The position numbers and the translations under genes are program-made. This document shows, piece by piece, positions 1 through 12,779 of a stretch of 64,000 nt of DNA; positions within the stretch are counted from its first letter, which is position 1, and every line of letters begins with the position of its first letter. Under the pieces are notes generated by a model that was not told where the DNA came from, searched no databases, and saw nothing but the letters and a program-made list of their open reading frames with translations. The DNA comes from Ruditapes philippinarum (taxonomy: Eukaryota), in contig NW_026863603.1 of the NCBI RefSeq assembly GCF_026571515.1, positions 62,001 through 126,000 on the forward strand, given 5' to 3'.

Positions 1-2460
1 ATATCAAGGAAATTTCGTTTTAACTTGTTTTTAAGCATAAAATAAAAAGAGAGAGAATACTGTTTTTAAAGCCCACTCGATAAAATAAAATTTCATCTTA
101 CACACAAACAAACAAATATCCTCTATATACTCCACATATCAACAAAAATGCCACCTTCTTAAAAAAGGACGACTTAGTTTAATATTTGTATCAGTTATAC
201 AGAACAACAACAAATATGTTTCTTCAGTTAAAGAATAGAACTTTGTATATCTTCATCTTTATATTACTTTTAAAGTGGTTACATAGAAACACCAGTTTAA
301 ACAAAACAAAACAAATGCATATTTGAAAAACCATTAGTTAACTGACACATTTATCCGTCATTTTTGGTGAAATATAGTTTCTTCAGACAATCCGTCATCT
401 ATTAAATGGACATCGCTAATATTATCTTCGATAACACTTAAATACAATTTATATACAATTCTGAACATTTGTACCAAAAGTTAACACTTTTAAAATTAAA
501 ACCTGCTTTATACAATTCACAGTAAAAAGTAAATAGAAAACTAAATGTTAATAATTTAAGATTTTGAAGAAAAAAATTAAAAAAAAAATAATCTGACGAG
601 ACAAAATGAAGAAGAAGAAATTGTATGTCGATTTTCACAGAGATCAAACGAAATATCTGATGTCGCAAAAGAGGAAATAGAAATGGAAACCAACATCACG
701 ATCCTTCAATTGCATGCTTGGGCAAGTACCACAGAAATAAACGTCATTGAAAATGTATGCTTTTTACAAAAAATATAATTAATCAATTATTAGTTCATAA
801 ATAAGTAAAAACAGAATGTAACCAAACATAAAGCGGCATAAAATATAAATAAAGTGAGGCAACATGTAGCCCGTGATACAGACCCTGCTTCTAAATTAAT
901 CAAACTGATTCCATTTTGTATTGACCCTGATATTCTAGTATTTACGATTTGTATTTTATTTTAGAATTTGCCCTGTTATTCTGATATTGGCGTTGTTATT
1001 TTTTTTTTAGAAATTGGTCTTGTTTATTAAGAATTGGTACTGTTGTTCTGGAATTGGCTATAGTATTCTAGAATTAGCCAAGGTATTCTAGAATTGTCGA
1101 TGTTTTTTTTTTCTCTCAAGAAATTTTTATCCTACTGAGATTTTATTGTGATATATGATCTGTAATAAAAAAAACAAGGGATTTATTTTCAAAGCCAGCC
1201 GTTTTTTAAATCATTATAGTCAGTAATTTTTATTTAATGATGCAAAATTGGCATAAATCACTTAATTTAACTTCGAACACACGTGTCCAATTTATCCAAA
1301 TCATTAATAGACAAAATAGCCTATTCTAATGAATGTACTTTAACACAGGGCAAAAACCGCACTCTATCATTCTGTAAACTTCAGTATCTGGGAAAGGTTT
1401 CCTTATTAACAAAGATATACGCTTAAAATGGTTGAAAAGAAGCTGAACTAATGCATGTTTGTTCTGCTTAATAATGTTATTTCCGGAAAATACGGTAATT
1501 AAATGAAGAAATAAATGACACCTTGGATGGCTAATGGGCTTTATAAGAGTGTCTATATTTATTTCAAAGAAGTTTTATCCAGTCGTTAGACAAAACAGTC
1601 AACCAGATATGAGTTTTTGTTGTCAATTTCAATACTAAAAAAGAGCTATTAAGCCGACGCAGGCGATATGGAATTATTCTCCATAAAGACTGTGCATCTT
1701 TATGTTGATAAATTTATTGAGTTCACATAAACTAAGGTGGTATAAGCTGAGATAAACGTTAAAAGAAAAGAAAGCGGTTTCAAATTTTGTTTTGTCAAAC
1801 CAGACATGTAACTATACGATGTCAATGACTTCCGCGCACACGGTATCGTATTGCTACAAAAGCTATATGTTTGTCAAACAAATAGTTATAGACATGTGTT
1901 AAAATCACTTTTGTCGGCTTAATTTCAGTCTGACAATACATTCAGTTTGTTTATATCTGTGTGTGACAGTTTATCAATATCTACAGACATCATTCCGGAA
2001 ATTCACTTTATATGTCCGTTGTACAGTGAAGCGTGCTGAAAATAACTCGGAAAAAAATATCACAATTGTAAAATCAAGTCATAAAAGTTCACTTCCTTAT
2101 TTGAATCAGGAAAGTATATTCTTATATTTATAATAAGGAAAGTAACTACTATAGAACAAAAGGAAAATTCGTCTTAGGAATAGCCTCCCTTTACATTTTA
2201 TGTCTAAAACCCATTTTGTCAGCTGTAAATTTTGCTTGAATTAAATCTGAATCTCACATGCTTAAGGTTGTCAACAGTAGGAGTATATTCCGGCTGTTCA
2301 TGGCTTTTCATCCATTTTACTATTTCGATGGTATACAAGTATTAGGGCTGGGAATCAAAGTATGGTTTTTATCAAGGGCAAGTGATTATTCGGTAAAATA
2401 GACATATATTGCCAAACTTGTGACCATTTAAAAGACTGCAACAAAACACAATTGCGTCGT

Positions 2461-2946
2461 TTAATCACAACAAAATAACATAAGAATTGCAGACTCGGTT
2501 TTATTGAGTCTGTACATGAGGGATAATGAATAAATGCAACATCCCTCACGTCCCCTAGCACCGGCTTGAGCGGTACTCAAATCTCAACACTTTATAGTGT
2601 TGGCATCAATGATCCCGAAGGACCAGAAAATATAACAACACTGAAGTGAAGTACGGGGCAACTTTTTACGGCTGCCACACGGCACTTGACACCTGCTGTT
2701 GTGAAGTACAAAGTTCTGGAAACAAAGTAATCCCTCGGAAGCATTAATCGCAACAAAATAACATAAGAATTGCAGACTAGGTTTGATTGAGTCTGTACAT
2801 GAGGGATAATGAATAAGTGCAACATCCCTCACGCCCCCTAGCACCGGCTTGAGCGGTACTCAATTCTCAGTACTTTATAGTGTTGGCATCAATGATCCCG
2901 AAGGACCAGAAAATATAACAACACTGAAGTGAAGTACGGGGCAACT
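2461..2946. repeat. B-A-B direct repeat: two ~203-bp copies (2461-2663, 2744-2946) around an 80-bp spacer; probable terminal remnant of a mobile element
   Basis: The two copies align end to end with only a few substitutions, and each contains several short hairpins. No long ORF. Confidence 0.85.
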
Positions 2947-3959
2947 GAAAAACACATTACTTCATTATATCTTTTTATTACATTTCTAATAATGCTTTTT
3001 CCTGATGTTTGACGTTCTCTCTAACTTTACACAAGTGCATACAAAATATTCTATCTCATACAAACCTGGTAAAATAAGGAAAAAAGATACCTAAATCACC
3101 CAATTAATACAACACTGACACGGTCGCTCTACCCACTGCGCTATCAAAGCACATGAAAATATAACGTTTTACTTTGTGTTATTGTTTGTGTATTCAATAA
3201 ATACTTCAACAATATTTTTCGCATTATTATTAATCTTTGTTAGGTAAACAAAGGCTCATGTTATCATCCTGGGACGGTATTCTGGAATTAAAATAGACTT
3301 AATTCGGAATAAAGAATATTTGGGTTTTCCAAGCTAATACGTAGGTACAAACAAACTTTTACAGCTACAGCTTCAAGCTTCAAAAATAAGCGTTATTTTC
3401 AACTGTGTCGTATCTTTTCGTACAAACCATTATTTTCGTCGAAAGTAAATATCTCTTTTTAATGAAATTTTAATAAATGATGTAAACTTATATTTTGAAG
3501 TTTATGGTTAACTCTGAAAAGAGTATATAATTGATTTGAGGGTAAAAGACGACTGATAAAACAATATGAACTGCGTAGTATCCACAAAACTGCATAAAAA
3601 TTCTGGCCCGCTTCAAGTTGCAAGTTCGTTATCACATTTGTTTCATAAAGTAGTTCTGCTAGCAACAGATACCAAAAGAAGCGGGAAATAGCTATAGTGG
3701 AGCGTTTCTGGTTTTCAGTCATTTCCAACAAAAAGAGTAATAAACAAAAACATACCTTTTTGATTTCAAAGCAGTTTATATAAGTGTGTGTGACCTTGAC
3801 ATTTGATACGGATAACACTAATTCGGGTTGGGACTAATAAAGGTACATCAACATAGTTGCAAAGATTGAAATATTTTACTTAATGCATTTTGATTTAATG
3901 ACCAGTTTTATGTTTTAATATTATAGGATCTAGTGACCCTGACCTTTTTACTTCTGGTT

Positions 3960-4244
3960 TTGCTTTGAGATTTTGTTTTGTCTTATTGGCACTTTTAAAG
4001 TTCATATGGAGCCTTTCCAGTGGTACTGGTGGAGGAACACCTAATTTGCACCCTGTACAATGTTTCAGGGACAAGTGGGGACCTAGGTGGAAGTTCCTAT
4101 GACTGTCTGAAAGCTAGCTGAATAGATTAAATTAGCTTCATCGCTTCAAAGAATCTAAAGTCCCAAGCCAGAGTCAAACCCATAGAGGTGAGGGGCAAGT
4201 GCTTCAAAGTCAAAGACCTTAACCACTCAGCCACAGACACTCCT
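3960..4244 (-). mobile_element. tRNA-derived SINE (Meta-like core), degenerate
   Basis: Minus strand begins GGAGTGTCTGTGGCTGAGTGGTTAAGG (tRNA A box), followed by a core and CCATATGA-type tail homologous to the + strand copy at 36645-36917. Confidence 0.6.
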
Positions 4245-4690
4245 GTGTGGCTGATAGAATTCATCAGGGTTATCTACATAAGAAGTTTAAAGTTCCTAGG
4301 TCAAAGCACTTTGCTTTAATGGTCAGTTTGAATATATTCAGATTTCATTGGATTGGACTTTTAATTATCTTTTGGCCTGAAAATGTGTGTGGCAAGTAGA
4401 GATTATCAAGATACATCTAGACAGGATTTAAAGTAAAATATAATTTCACTTAAAGTTCTTGAACATATACCAATATGCAAAGCATAGGGATAAAACCTAA
4501 AATAGGCAATATATTTAAACATAAAACAAGTTTTAGTCATTGGCAGTTTACAAAGTAAAACTATAGCATAGTGATTAACACATATTATATGATTTCGTTG
4601 ACGCCGTTTACAATAGCCGCAGCTAGTTGGAGCATCGCAATATATTACATGCCGCCATTATATAATTGCACTTTCAATACATATAACAGT

Positions 4691-7665
4691 CTAACATCCG
4701 TACGTTTGCGCAAATTGTTCGCTAAATGCAACTGTCTCTAGGAATTCATCAACATTGTACTTTCCATCACCGTCAAATTCCAGTTCTTCTACGATACATT
4801 TAGCCACTTCCCCCTCGAAACCATTGGCAGCGAGGCCGGATTCAAGCTCCTCTTTACTTAGACTTCCGTTTCCGTCTTTATCCATCGCTTTAAACACCTT
4901 CTTCAAATCTATACTGTAAAAACATAGGAAGTTCCAAATACATAAAATGCGGGCATCCACAACGACTTCTATACTTGAGAAATGTACTATTTTTGTTTTA
5001 CAAAATGCAAAATGCATAATATATCTCACTAGTGTTAAATTATTTGTTTAAAGACACATTTGTGCTTTTCCGCGTACGACAGAATAAAGAGGAAACTTTT
5101 TCGCTTAAATTCGAATTAATACCATTTTTATACAGTAAAAATTTCAGTAATTTGTTTTGCAACAACGCAAAATTTTAATTATCATATTGGTTCATCTCCT
5201 TTACGTTACAGTAAATCTTATGAACTAATCAGTAAAATTCAAGCATATAGGCTTTAAGGATTTATCTACGAGTATGTGAAAACATTGCTATTGCTGAACC
5301 TATAAGTTTACATGTTTATCTTAGGTATTAAATTCGGATATATTCAATCATATTTCTCCTTATATTCTTTCTTTCTTCTATCTTTTTTCCATAAGTTATC
5401 TTAAACCCCAGTCACACTAGAGCTTACGATTACTTGCGACCACCGGCGACTTGTAAAACTGACGATCATCAGCGATTGTCTGCGACCAAAGCCATTTATG
5501 CACAGATAAATTTACGTTTGCGAGTATCGTAAGACAAGTCAACATTGACAATCGTACGACAGGTCATAAGTAAACGTACGATGGTCTCAAGATTGCATGG
5601 GATTACTTACGACTACTCGTGTCATAACATGCGAGCACCTACAACTTGTCGTACGACCATCACACAATTACTAAAGACTACTTAGGATTATCAGTGACTA
5701 GTGGCAATTTGTAAAGACTGTCGTAAGATTGTCGCACTTCCGAACGACCATCGTGCGACAGCCTTAAGACCTTATAAGATCACTAGCGACCTGTTTGATC
5801 GCAAGGAGGTTTTTGTGCAAGCTCAAAAACCTCTTTACGACTGAAATTGGTCGTGGGACCTAAATAAGATAACCTGCGACTGCCAAAGATCACCGATGAC
5901 CGTCGTAAGACGTTTTAAAGATTGTCCGCGACCAGAGGTCACTGGTGATCGTGAACTGCTCAATACTGGTCGTAAGCTCTAGTGTGACTGGGGCTTTAGT
6001 TATACATTCAAAGAGCTTAGATCTAACCGCAACATTTTTGTATCTTTATCTTTGCTGGAGAGGAATTGACATAATTATTGTTTTACTTGTTTTCCAATTC
6101 AGACTGAATTTTGCTCTCGTGAAATGTTTGTAAATGTTATCTTATGTGCAATTTATTAAATAAATAATGTTTACACTAATATTTAAGTAAATGTAAATGA
6201 TTCATTTTATGAGAGGTAATATATTTACTTGTGATCTCTCATGTGTAAATATCCTATATTATTTAATGATTATATATATACTACACACTTAAAAAAGTTT
6301 AATACATTAGGTAAGATATGAACATGGTGTAGTAAACATGTATAATTGTAATACAAAGTTATATACTTACCATTTTTCCGTCCTCATCATTCCTTTTATA
6401 AACTCATCTTTTGTTAGGTCCTTTTGTTCTTTCTGCCCAAAAAATGCAAATTTATCCTGTAAAACAATGACACAAATTTAATATACATGTAATTTTTAGT
6501 GCTGAAAAAATACCAGATAATTCATTCTCCTAATATGCTAAAAGTTTTAAATGCTAGAGCTGATCTTAAACACTAGTCATTAAATTACGCTTTTCCATTA
6601 TAGATTTAGTAATACGAGTAGATTCTTAAGGATGCTGACGTCGTATAAAATGGACGTTTCATAAAATTGTTACCCTATTTACAAACGGAGTAAACTTGCA
6701 TTTTTTATAGGGCATTCGACAAAAAGAAAAATCATTAACAAAATATAACACAAACAGTGCTGTTATGTGTCTTGCCTGCAAATTCAGGTTGTAGACATGG
6801 TGATGTTTCTCAAATACGAGATTTTTAAATGATTGATTTATACCTTTGTAAAATCTTGGTAACCCTGTAAAACTGTATACTGGATATTCAATAACTTATT
6901 AAAGCCCAGTTGGGGTTTTTTTAAGTCATAAAACGAAATACAAAAAAAATGTTTAAAATTTTGATGTTTGCTTTTAAATTATCGGCAATGTGTCTTTCTG
7001 CTGTGACAGCTATTAAATTATAGTGATGAAATACCCTTTTTAGGATAACTGTAAATGACTGTATAAAACTAGCATATACACTACATGATGTAATAAATTT
7101 GAACTTTGCTGTTAAACCCTCATCGCCAGCGAAGAAAAGCACACACATTTGCATGCAAATCATACATATAGGAAGACTTGTACCTTTACTTCTGATATCC
7201 ATATGTATAATATGCACGTGAATGTAAGCTAAATATCAAATTTCAACTTTTGTATATCAAACGTCCGCCCTGAACTGCTATGGCCGGCTAGCAAACCGTT
7301 CGGTTGATGTATTATAAACTTACACGTCTTAAATCATACTCGCTTGTTCATGACAAAAGCTTATTTAGGTTACTTTCAGCTCATTTCCTGGACTATTACC
7401 AAGTGATGTGCCATATCGATACTCTAGTAAAACTCGAACCCACAAGCCCTGTCACCATAACATTTAGTAACCACGCCCAGGTTTTAATGAGTGTTTTATT
7501 GCTAGACATAATTATCCTACATACCTTAACATCAAAGTCATCTGCACTATCATATACTTCCTGGAGACATTGTTTAACCTCCTCCACTGTCAATACATCA
7601 TTTCCATCTTTGTTATACTTCTTCCAGTATGCTTCCGCCTGGCTGCGTGATACAGTTCCCGCCAT
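4691..7665 (-). CDS. Calmodulin-like four-EF-hand calcium-binding protein, 149 aa, 3 coding exons
   Basis: Exons 7665-7525, 6456-6371 and 4913-4691 join in frame at GT-AG sites (450 nt). EF loops: NKDGNDVLTVEE, a degenerate GQKEQKDLTKDE, DKDGNGSLSKEE, EFDGDGKYNVDE. TATA-like sequence near 7857-7864. Confidence 0.9.
5404..5995. mobile_element. PIF/Harbinger-like MITE in intron 2 of the EF-hand gene
   Basis: TIRs (A)ACCCCAGTCACACTAGAGCTTACGA / TCGTAAGCTCTAGTGTGACTGGGGCT, flanked by a TTA duplication (5401-5403, 5996-5998). Many internal CGAC/TCGT motifs. Confidence 0.8.
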
Positions 7666-8019
7666 TTTTTTATTCAGTTTATCCTTACTTAACCCTAAGT
7701 TAACAAACTGCAGTTCTACTCAGTACAATATTATCCTATGTTGTATATCAAGTCTCAAATATCTCTAGAAAACACTCCGCAACTCTCAACTTTTACTAAA
7801 TATTGATCGCCTCAACACGGATAGTAAAAATAGTCATGAATGAATGAATAAATATAAATTTATACTATATTTGTCGGTGTGGTGTTATATCAAAACAAGT
7901 ATAATTCACCACAAAAACACTTAAGGAATGTCGTTGTAGGTTGAACAGGCGGGCAGGTAGAGATTGACAAGTTTTATCTCATATAAACCTTGTCATACAT
8001 AGTTAATGAAATGAAATAA

Positions 8020-8050
8020 TGATCACATGACAATGCTGATCACGTGACAA
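8020..8050. promoter_or_regulatory. Duplicated E-box/M-box motif upstream of the EF-hand gene
   Basis: TGATCACATGACAA (8020-8033) and TGATCACGTGACAA (8037-8050), about 160 bp upstream of the TATA-like site. Confidence 0.4.
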
Positions 8051-10268
8051 ACGATGATGAACCAAAATATTTACCATTCGTGTTTTTTCATTTAGAAATA
8101 TATAACCACAGCAGTCAATTAATGGTATCTATTAAACGTTTAAATAGTTACATCAAATAGAATTTAAAGTATTTTTTAGTTTTAGTATTCTGACGTGGGT
8201 ATAGATATTAGATTTATACTGACACTTATAAATGAATATTGTAGCGTATTTTTAAAAGTACAAGCTGAATATCTTTTTTAATCCCTATTTTCTTCACGGA
8301 TTATCAATCAAGGCAAAAATATGAACATTTTCCTTACGTCTCGAGACTTAAAATCCATTGAAAATCAAAAATTTGGAAAAAGCAAAGATACAGCGATAGT
8401 TTACTTATTTACTTAAGCCTATAAGCCACCAGGCGGTGAAAACCATGATTTATACTGTTTGAAGCTCCTTTTTATTTTGTTTTTTAATATTGAACTTATT
8501 GAATGAACTTCCACTTAGACGAGCTAGAACATACATTATACAAGATTTATAAATCATAATAACTCATTTAAACTTTCCAAATAGTGCAGATTACAATTTA
8601 TCAGCATTTTCTCCATTCTTATAGTATTCCTTCTACAACCGAAAGTAATTGGTCTTAGCCAGGCCAGCTAGCGCTTCTGTGTTGTCTGGCAGTTCTATTC
8701 TGTAGGTTGCTTTTTTTTTTATACACAAATTCCTAAAACTCCGAATGGACTGTTCCAAATTCAAGGTACGTCAAATATGTTACACAAATTAAGCTGGTTA
8801 CAGGTTTAGTTAAAAGAACGAAACATAGAACATCTCTGTTAGTTGTCAGTGACTTTAAGTTTATTTCTGTCAATTTTCGGTCGATAACTTTTTTTCACCC
8901 CTATGCTGAGATAAAATAACGACTCGGGGAATAAAGACTTTTTTCGCAATTGAAAGATTTTAACTGTTTTTGGGGTTTTAAGCATATTTTATAAAAATTC
9001 ATCCCAAATTGAAACAAAAAATACGGAAAGTTTTTTTTTGGTTTAAACAAACTTATTTCCCTGGGGGCGATTTATTAAAAGTAGAAAACTTTAACTTTCA
9101 AAAAAAGTTTGTTGTTAATCGTTTGAACCTTTTGATATTTTAAATTTTCAACAATGTTTCTTTGGTTAATAATCCATTTTTTTTGTATTTTCCTTTTTCG
9201 GGTTTTTTATATTTCTACAAATCAAAATAATGAAACCTTGCCAAATACAAGAAGAGTTTGGTTTGAAAAAAACCGGTGTTCCGTTTGAAAAACCGAAAAG
9301 AAAACCCCAAAGATGATGAAAACCCAAAAAAAAAAAAAACCCTCTCCTATTAAGCTTTTATCTCCTTCGTAGGACTTACATGAATTAAGTCCTAGGTAGG
9401 ACATATAAACTCATAATTAGGCTTTTTTTTATCTCCTACGTAGGAGTTATCAGTTTTTTATAGAACATGTTAAATTGGCAAATGGGCGCTTCCGTAATAC
9501 ACTTCTGTATCTGGGAAAAGTTTCCTTATTAAAAAGGTTATAAGCGTAAAATGGTTGAAAATAATAAAAGTTAATTTCCTAATAAAAATCAAGAAAGTAT
9601 ATGGTTAAGCCTCCTGTTTGAACACACAAATGATGTCAGGCACTTTCGGCAAAACTTTATTTGCAATACTGCATTTTTTGAAGGGAAGTAACTTCTTAAG
9701 AACAAAAAGAAAATATACTTTTGCAGTATCCTCTTTTATATTTTAATATCCATTTCACTTCATTTCATAACTAAAGAGTTTTTCATCAGGGACTTATATC
9801 TGGGACAAAAGATGAACTTACAGGACCTAGTGACCTTGACCTTTGTACTTGAAGCGGTAAGTTCTGTTTTTTTTTTAGGTTTTATGTTTTGCTGTGTTTT
9901 TAACAATCACTGTCACTTTTAAAGGTCGTATGACAACTTCCCAGCTTTATTGGTTTTCAAAAAAAAATAAGTATTGAAGTAAATGACCATAAATGACAAC
10001 TTAACCAACAAGAGCTGTCACAGGAGACAGCGAAGCTCGACTAATTAAAACTGAAATAAAAAATCAATTATGATATAAATATATTTCTGTAATCTGAAAT
10101 TTGAAGCCAATCCCTTCAAAAACAGAAATGATAAAAGCAAAAATAATTTGAAGTTTTTAAAGTAAAATTATAAGTTCAAAGAGGAAATAACTCTTGAAAA
10201 AAAGATTCTAGATTTAAGAACCTTGTCATGCAGGATGTGAGTAATGATAAAGAACAATTATTCATTTC

Positions 10269-10774
10269 TGTAGCAGATTTTCTAAACTTTTTCCTTTTAA
10301 TTTCCCTTTAACTTTTACTACATTGAAGACAACAAAATTCACTTTTATATTCAGATTTTATTTTCACTTTTACATCCAACTATACTTTTTAATCACCTTT
10401 TAACAACTTTTTTTAACACTTTCTACACTTCACTTCTTTTACACTTTTTACACTTCTTACGCTTCTACCACTTATATCGCTTCTACCAAAATAAGATTTG
10501 TAATTCACTTATATAGTGTTGTCTTCCCGCCAATTTAAAGAGTCATGAATATCATGATATGGAGTAATTCATAAGTGAAATAAATTCCCGCCAATACCAA
10601 AATACACAATTCATAAGTTTTGGAGTAAAAGAAATATAATATTTCCCGCCAAATACAAAACATGCACAATTCATAACTTTTGGAGTAAAATAAATATAAT
10701 ATTTTCCCTGCAAATACAAACAGACATAATTCTCATGATTAGGAGCTAAAACAAAAATCGTGTAATTCACGACA
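10269..10774 (-). repeat. 3' LTR (506 bp)
   Basis: TGTAGCAG...CACGACA, near-identical to 18816-19315 apart from mostly 1-bp indels. On the minus strand it is preceded by the PPT-like TTGGCCGGAG (10775-10784). Confidence 0.95.
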
Positions 10775-11169
10775 CTCCGGCCAACAAAAATTAAAATATG
10801 ATATCTTTCACTAAAATTGGTACATATTAAATTTTGCTCTTTAAATATTCTCAAAATGCAAGAATCTGAAACAAACTTCTTCTTAAGAAAATTAAACTCA
10901 TACTGCGCATTATAAATTTAAACAAATAGGCATAATGGCAAACATATTATTAAACATAATGAACGAAACATACTCCTGTTTTCTTAAACAATCTCTTCAA
11001 TTTATAAACATTTAAAATATATGTTTCAAAGCAATTATGTATGTAACATTTATACATATAAACAGTTCAACTTGTTTCAGTAGGTTTTTATATAAATGTC
11101 AAGCAAAATACGATATAGAACATCCCTTGTTCTGTTGAACTATAAGTCAGTACCTCAGTACATTACTAT

Positions 11170-12330
11170 TCATTTATTGCATTGTATAGCAATGGTAATC
11201 GTCTTCATATTCAACGCGACAAAATACAGGTTCTTCCCCTCTATATGTAGTATAGTGCGATAACCTGTCCTAGTCCAGACTTCAACTTCTGTGCACAACG
11301 TGTGTCTTTCTATTTCCTGTCCTTCATCTTCCATCAGATATATCAATAATCTCGATTTCTGAATCGTCTGTATCCGAATTTGTATCAATCAACATCATCA
11401 TATACATCACTACTGCACATAATGTCCATCTGCTTCATAACTTCAATGTATAAATCTAATGTTCAACATTTATGTTCTCGCATTTGTCTCGTCTCCATTG
11501 CCGTAATCATTAGAAGCAGAAGACAAGCCATCATTTTACATTATTGTTCATGAAAATAATCGTTGTTTTTGCACAAGGACAAGCGTCATCAGGTTACGAT
11601 ATATTATTCATATCTGCGACGAGACATGCCTATCACTACCCTGCTGTTCGAATAAGGGTCAATTTTTTGCACATGGTCCGCCGCAATCATCATGTCACTA
11701 TGTATTGCAGCATAAAGACTACTTTTGGTCGACACGGAAGCGTCATCAGCTTCTATGAATTAGCAAGTAGATCTTATATTATCGTATTAGGAGCCACCGT
11801 AAACGGTCAAGCTTTGCATGTTTGTATCCAATCCAATTACCACTTGCCTCTCGATATTGTTTATATCATGAGAAAACATACCTTGTAACTCTCTTCTGTT
11901 ATCGGTCATTCAGTCGTCGCAAATGCAACATCACTTATATCAGAATTAAGGCGTCACTGCTAATCTCCTCAAGATCACTATTTATGGTGTGGCAATATTC
12001 ACATGAATACGTTTGGAGAATAGAACCGCTTTCCTTCTGAAGCATCATTGTCAATGTTTTTCTTTGCAACATTGTCTGATATCTCCAGTTTCTTGCGAGA
12101 TAAATAGCAGAACCTATTCTCGTGGCATTTTAACAGCGGTCCATGCCATGTATTCTTAACTCAAATGTTCTTTAAGATAATCCCTCCTTATGCTAGTCCC
12201 TTTACAGCCTTTGGATAGGGCACTTGAAACTCCCCTAGAGAGCTGTGATGTTTTTTCCATCATGTGCCTTAGCCTAAGTTCTCTTTTGCTTATAATCTCT
12301 ATTACAAAAAAGCACACTCGGCCGATCCAT
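11170..12330 (-). pseudogene. Extra ORF of the Bel/Pao element: two C2H2 zinc fingers plus an acidic region (frameshifted as assembled)
   Basis: Reading across 1-bp indels from ATG 12330 gives ECAFCNRDYKQKR..L.RHMMEKH and FKCPIQGCKGTSIRRDYLKEHLSKIH (C-x4-C-x12-H-x4-H), then SDLEEISSD and DTNSDTDDSEIEIIDISD. The 3' end is approximate. Confidence 0.7.
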
Positions 12331-12779
12331 TTCAATAACTATGTTACAAAAAATTATAATTTACTTTGGTTATCCTGAACTGTCAATGAGCTTCTGAACA
12401 CAAATAATACCAATACTCGTCAGTTGCACGGATATCAAGGATTTTTTGCCGCCAAAAAATTTACTGTATAGAATTGCTCCAACTTATTCGCGCGTAAAAT
12501 CACCAGTGTGTTTAACATGCCCCAATTTTGTTCGCGCCGTACCGTCACGTGATATAAAATTATTCGTAACCCTATGTTATTCGTACAATTTCTTCAAGGA
12601 TGAAACATATTATATTCCTTAATGCTTTGAATGTCCGTGCATAAATAGTATTCCACACTTCTTTCAATAAATAATTCAAACTGGTTCCCCGCTGTATGGG
12701 ATTTCCCCAACAACCAAAGTATTCGTCGTTTAATACCTATGGGTTTGTAATACTAAATATTAAGGCGTAATTTCGTAAA

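Noticed and set aside
2600-2632. Hammerhead-like string ATCAATGATCCCGAAGGACCAGAAA (also in the second copy) and a twister-like CCGCTCAAGCCGG hairpin
   Set aside because: It lacks the CUGANGA core and correct GAAA spacing, and the twister consensus is incomplete, so no ribozyme is called.
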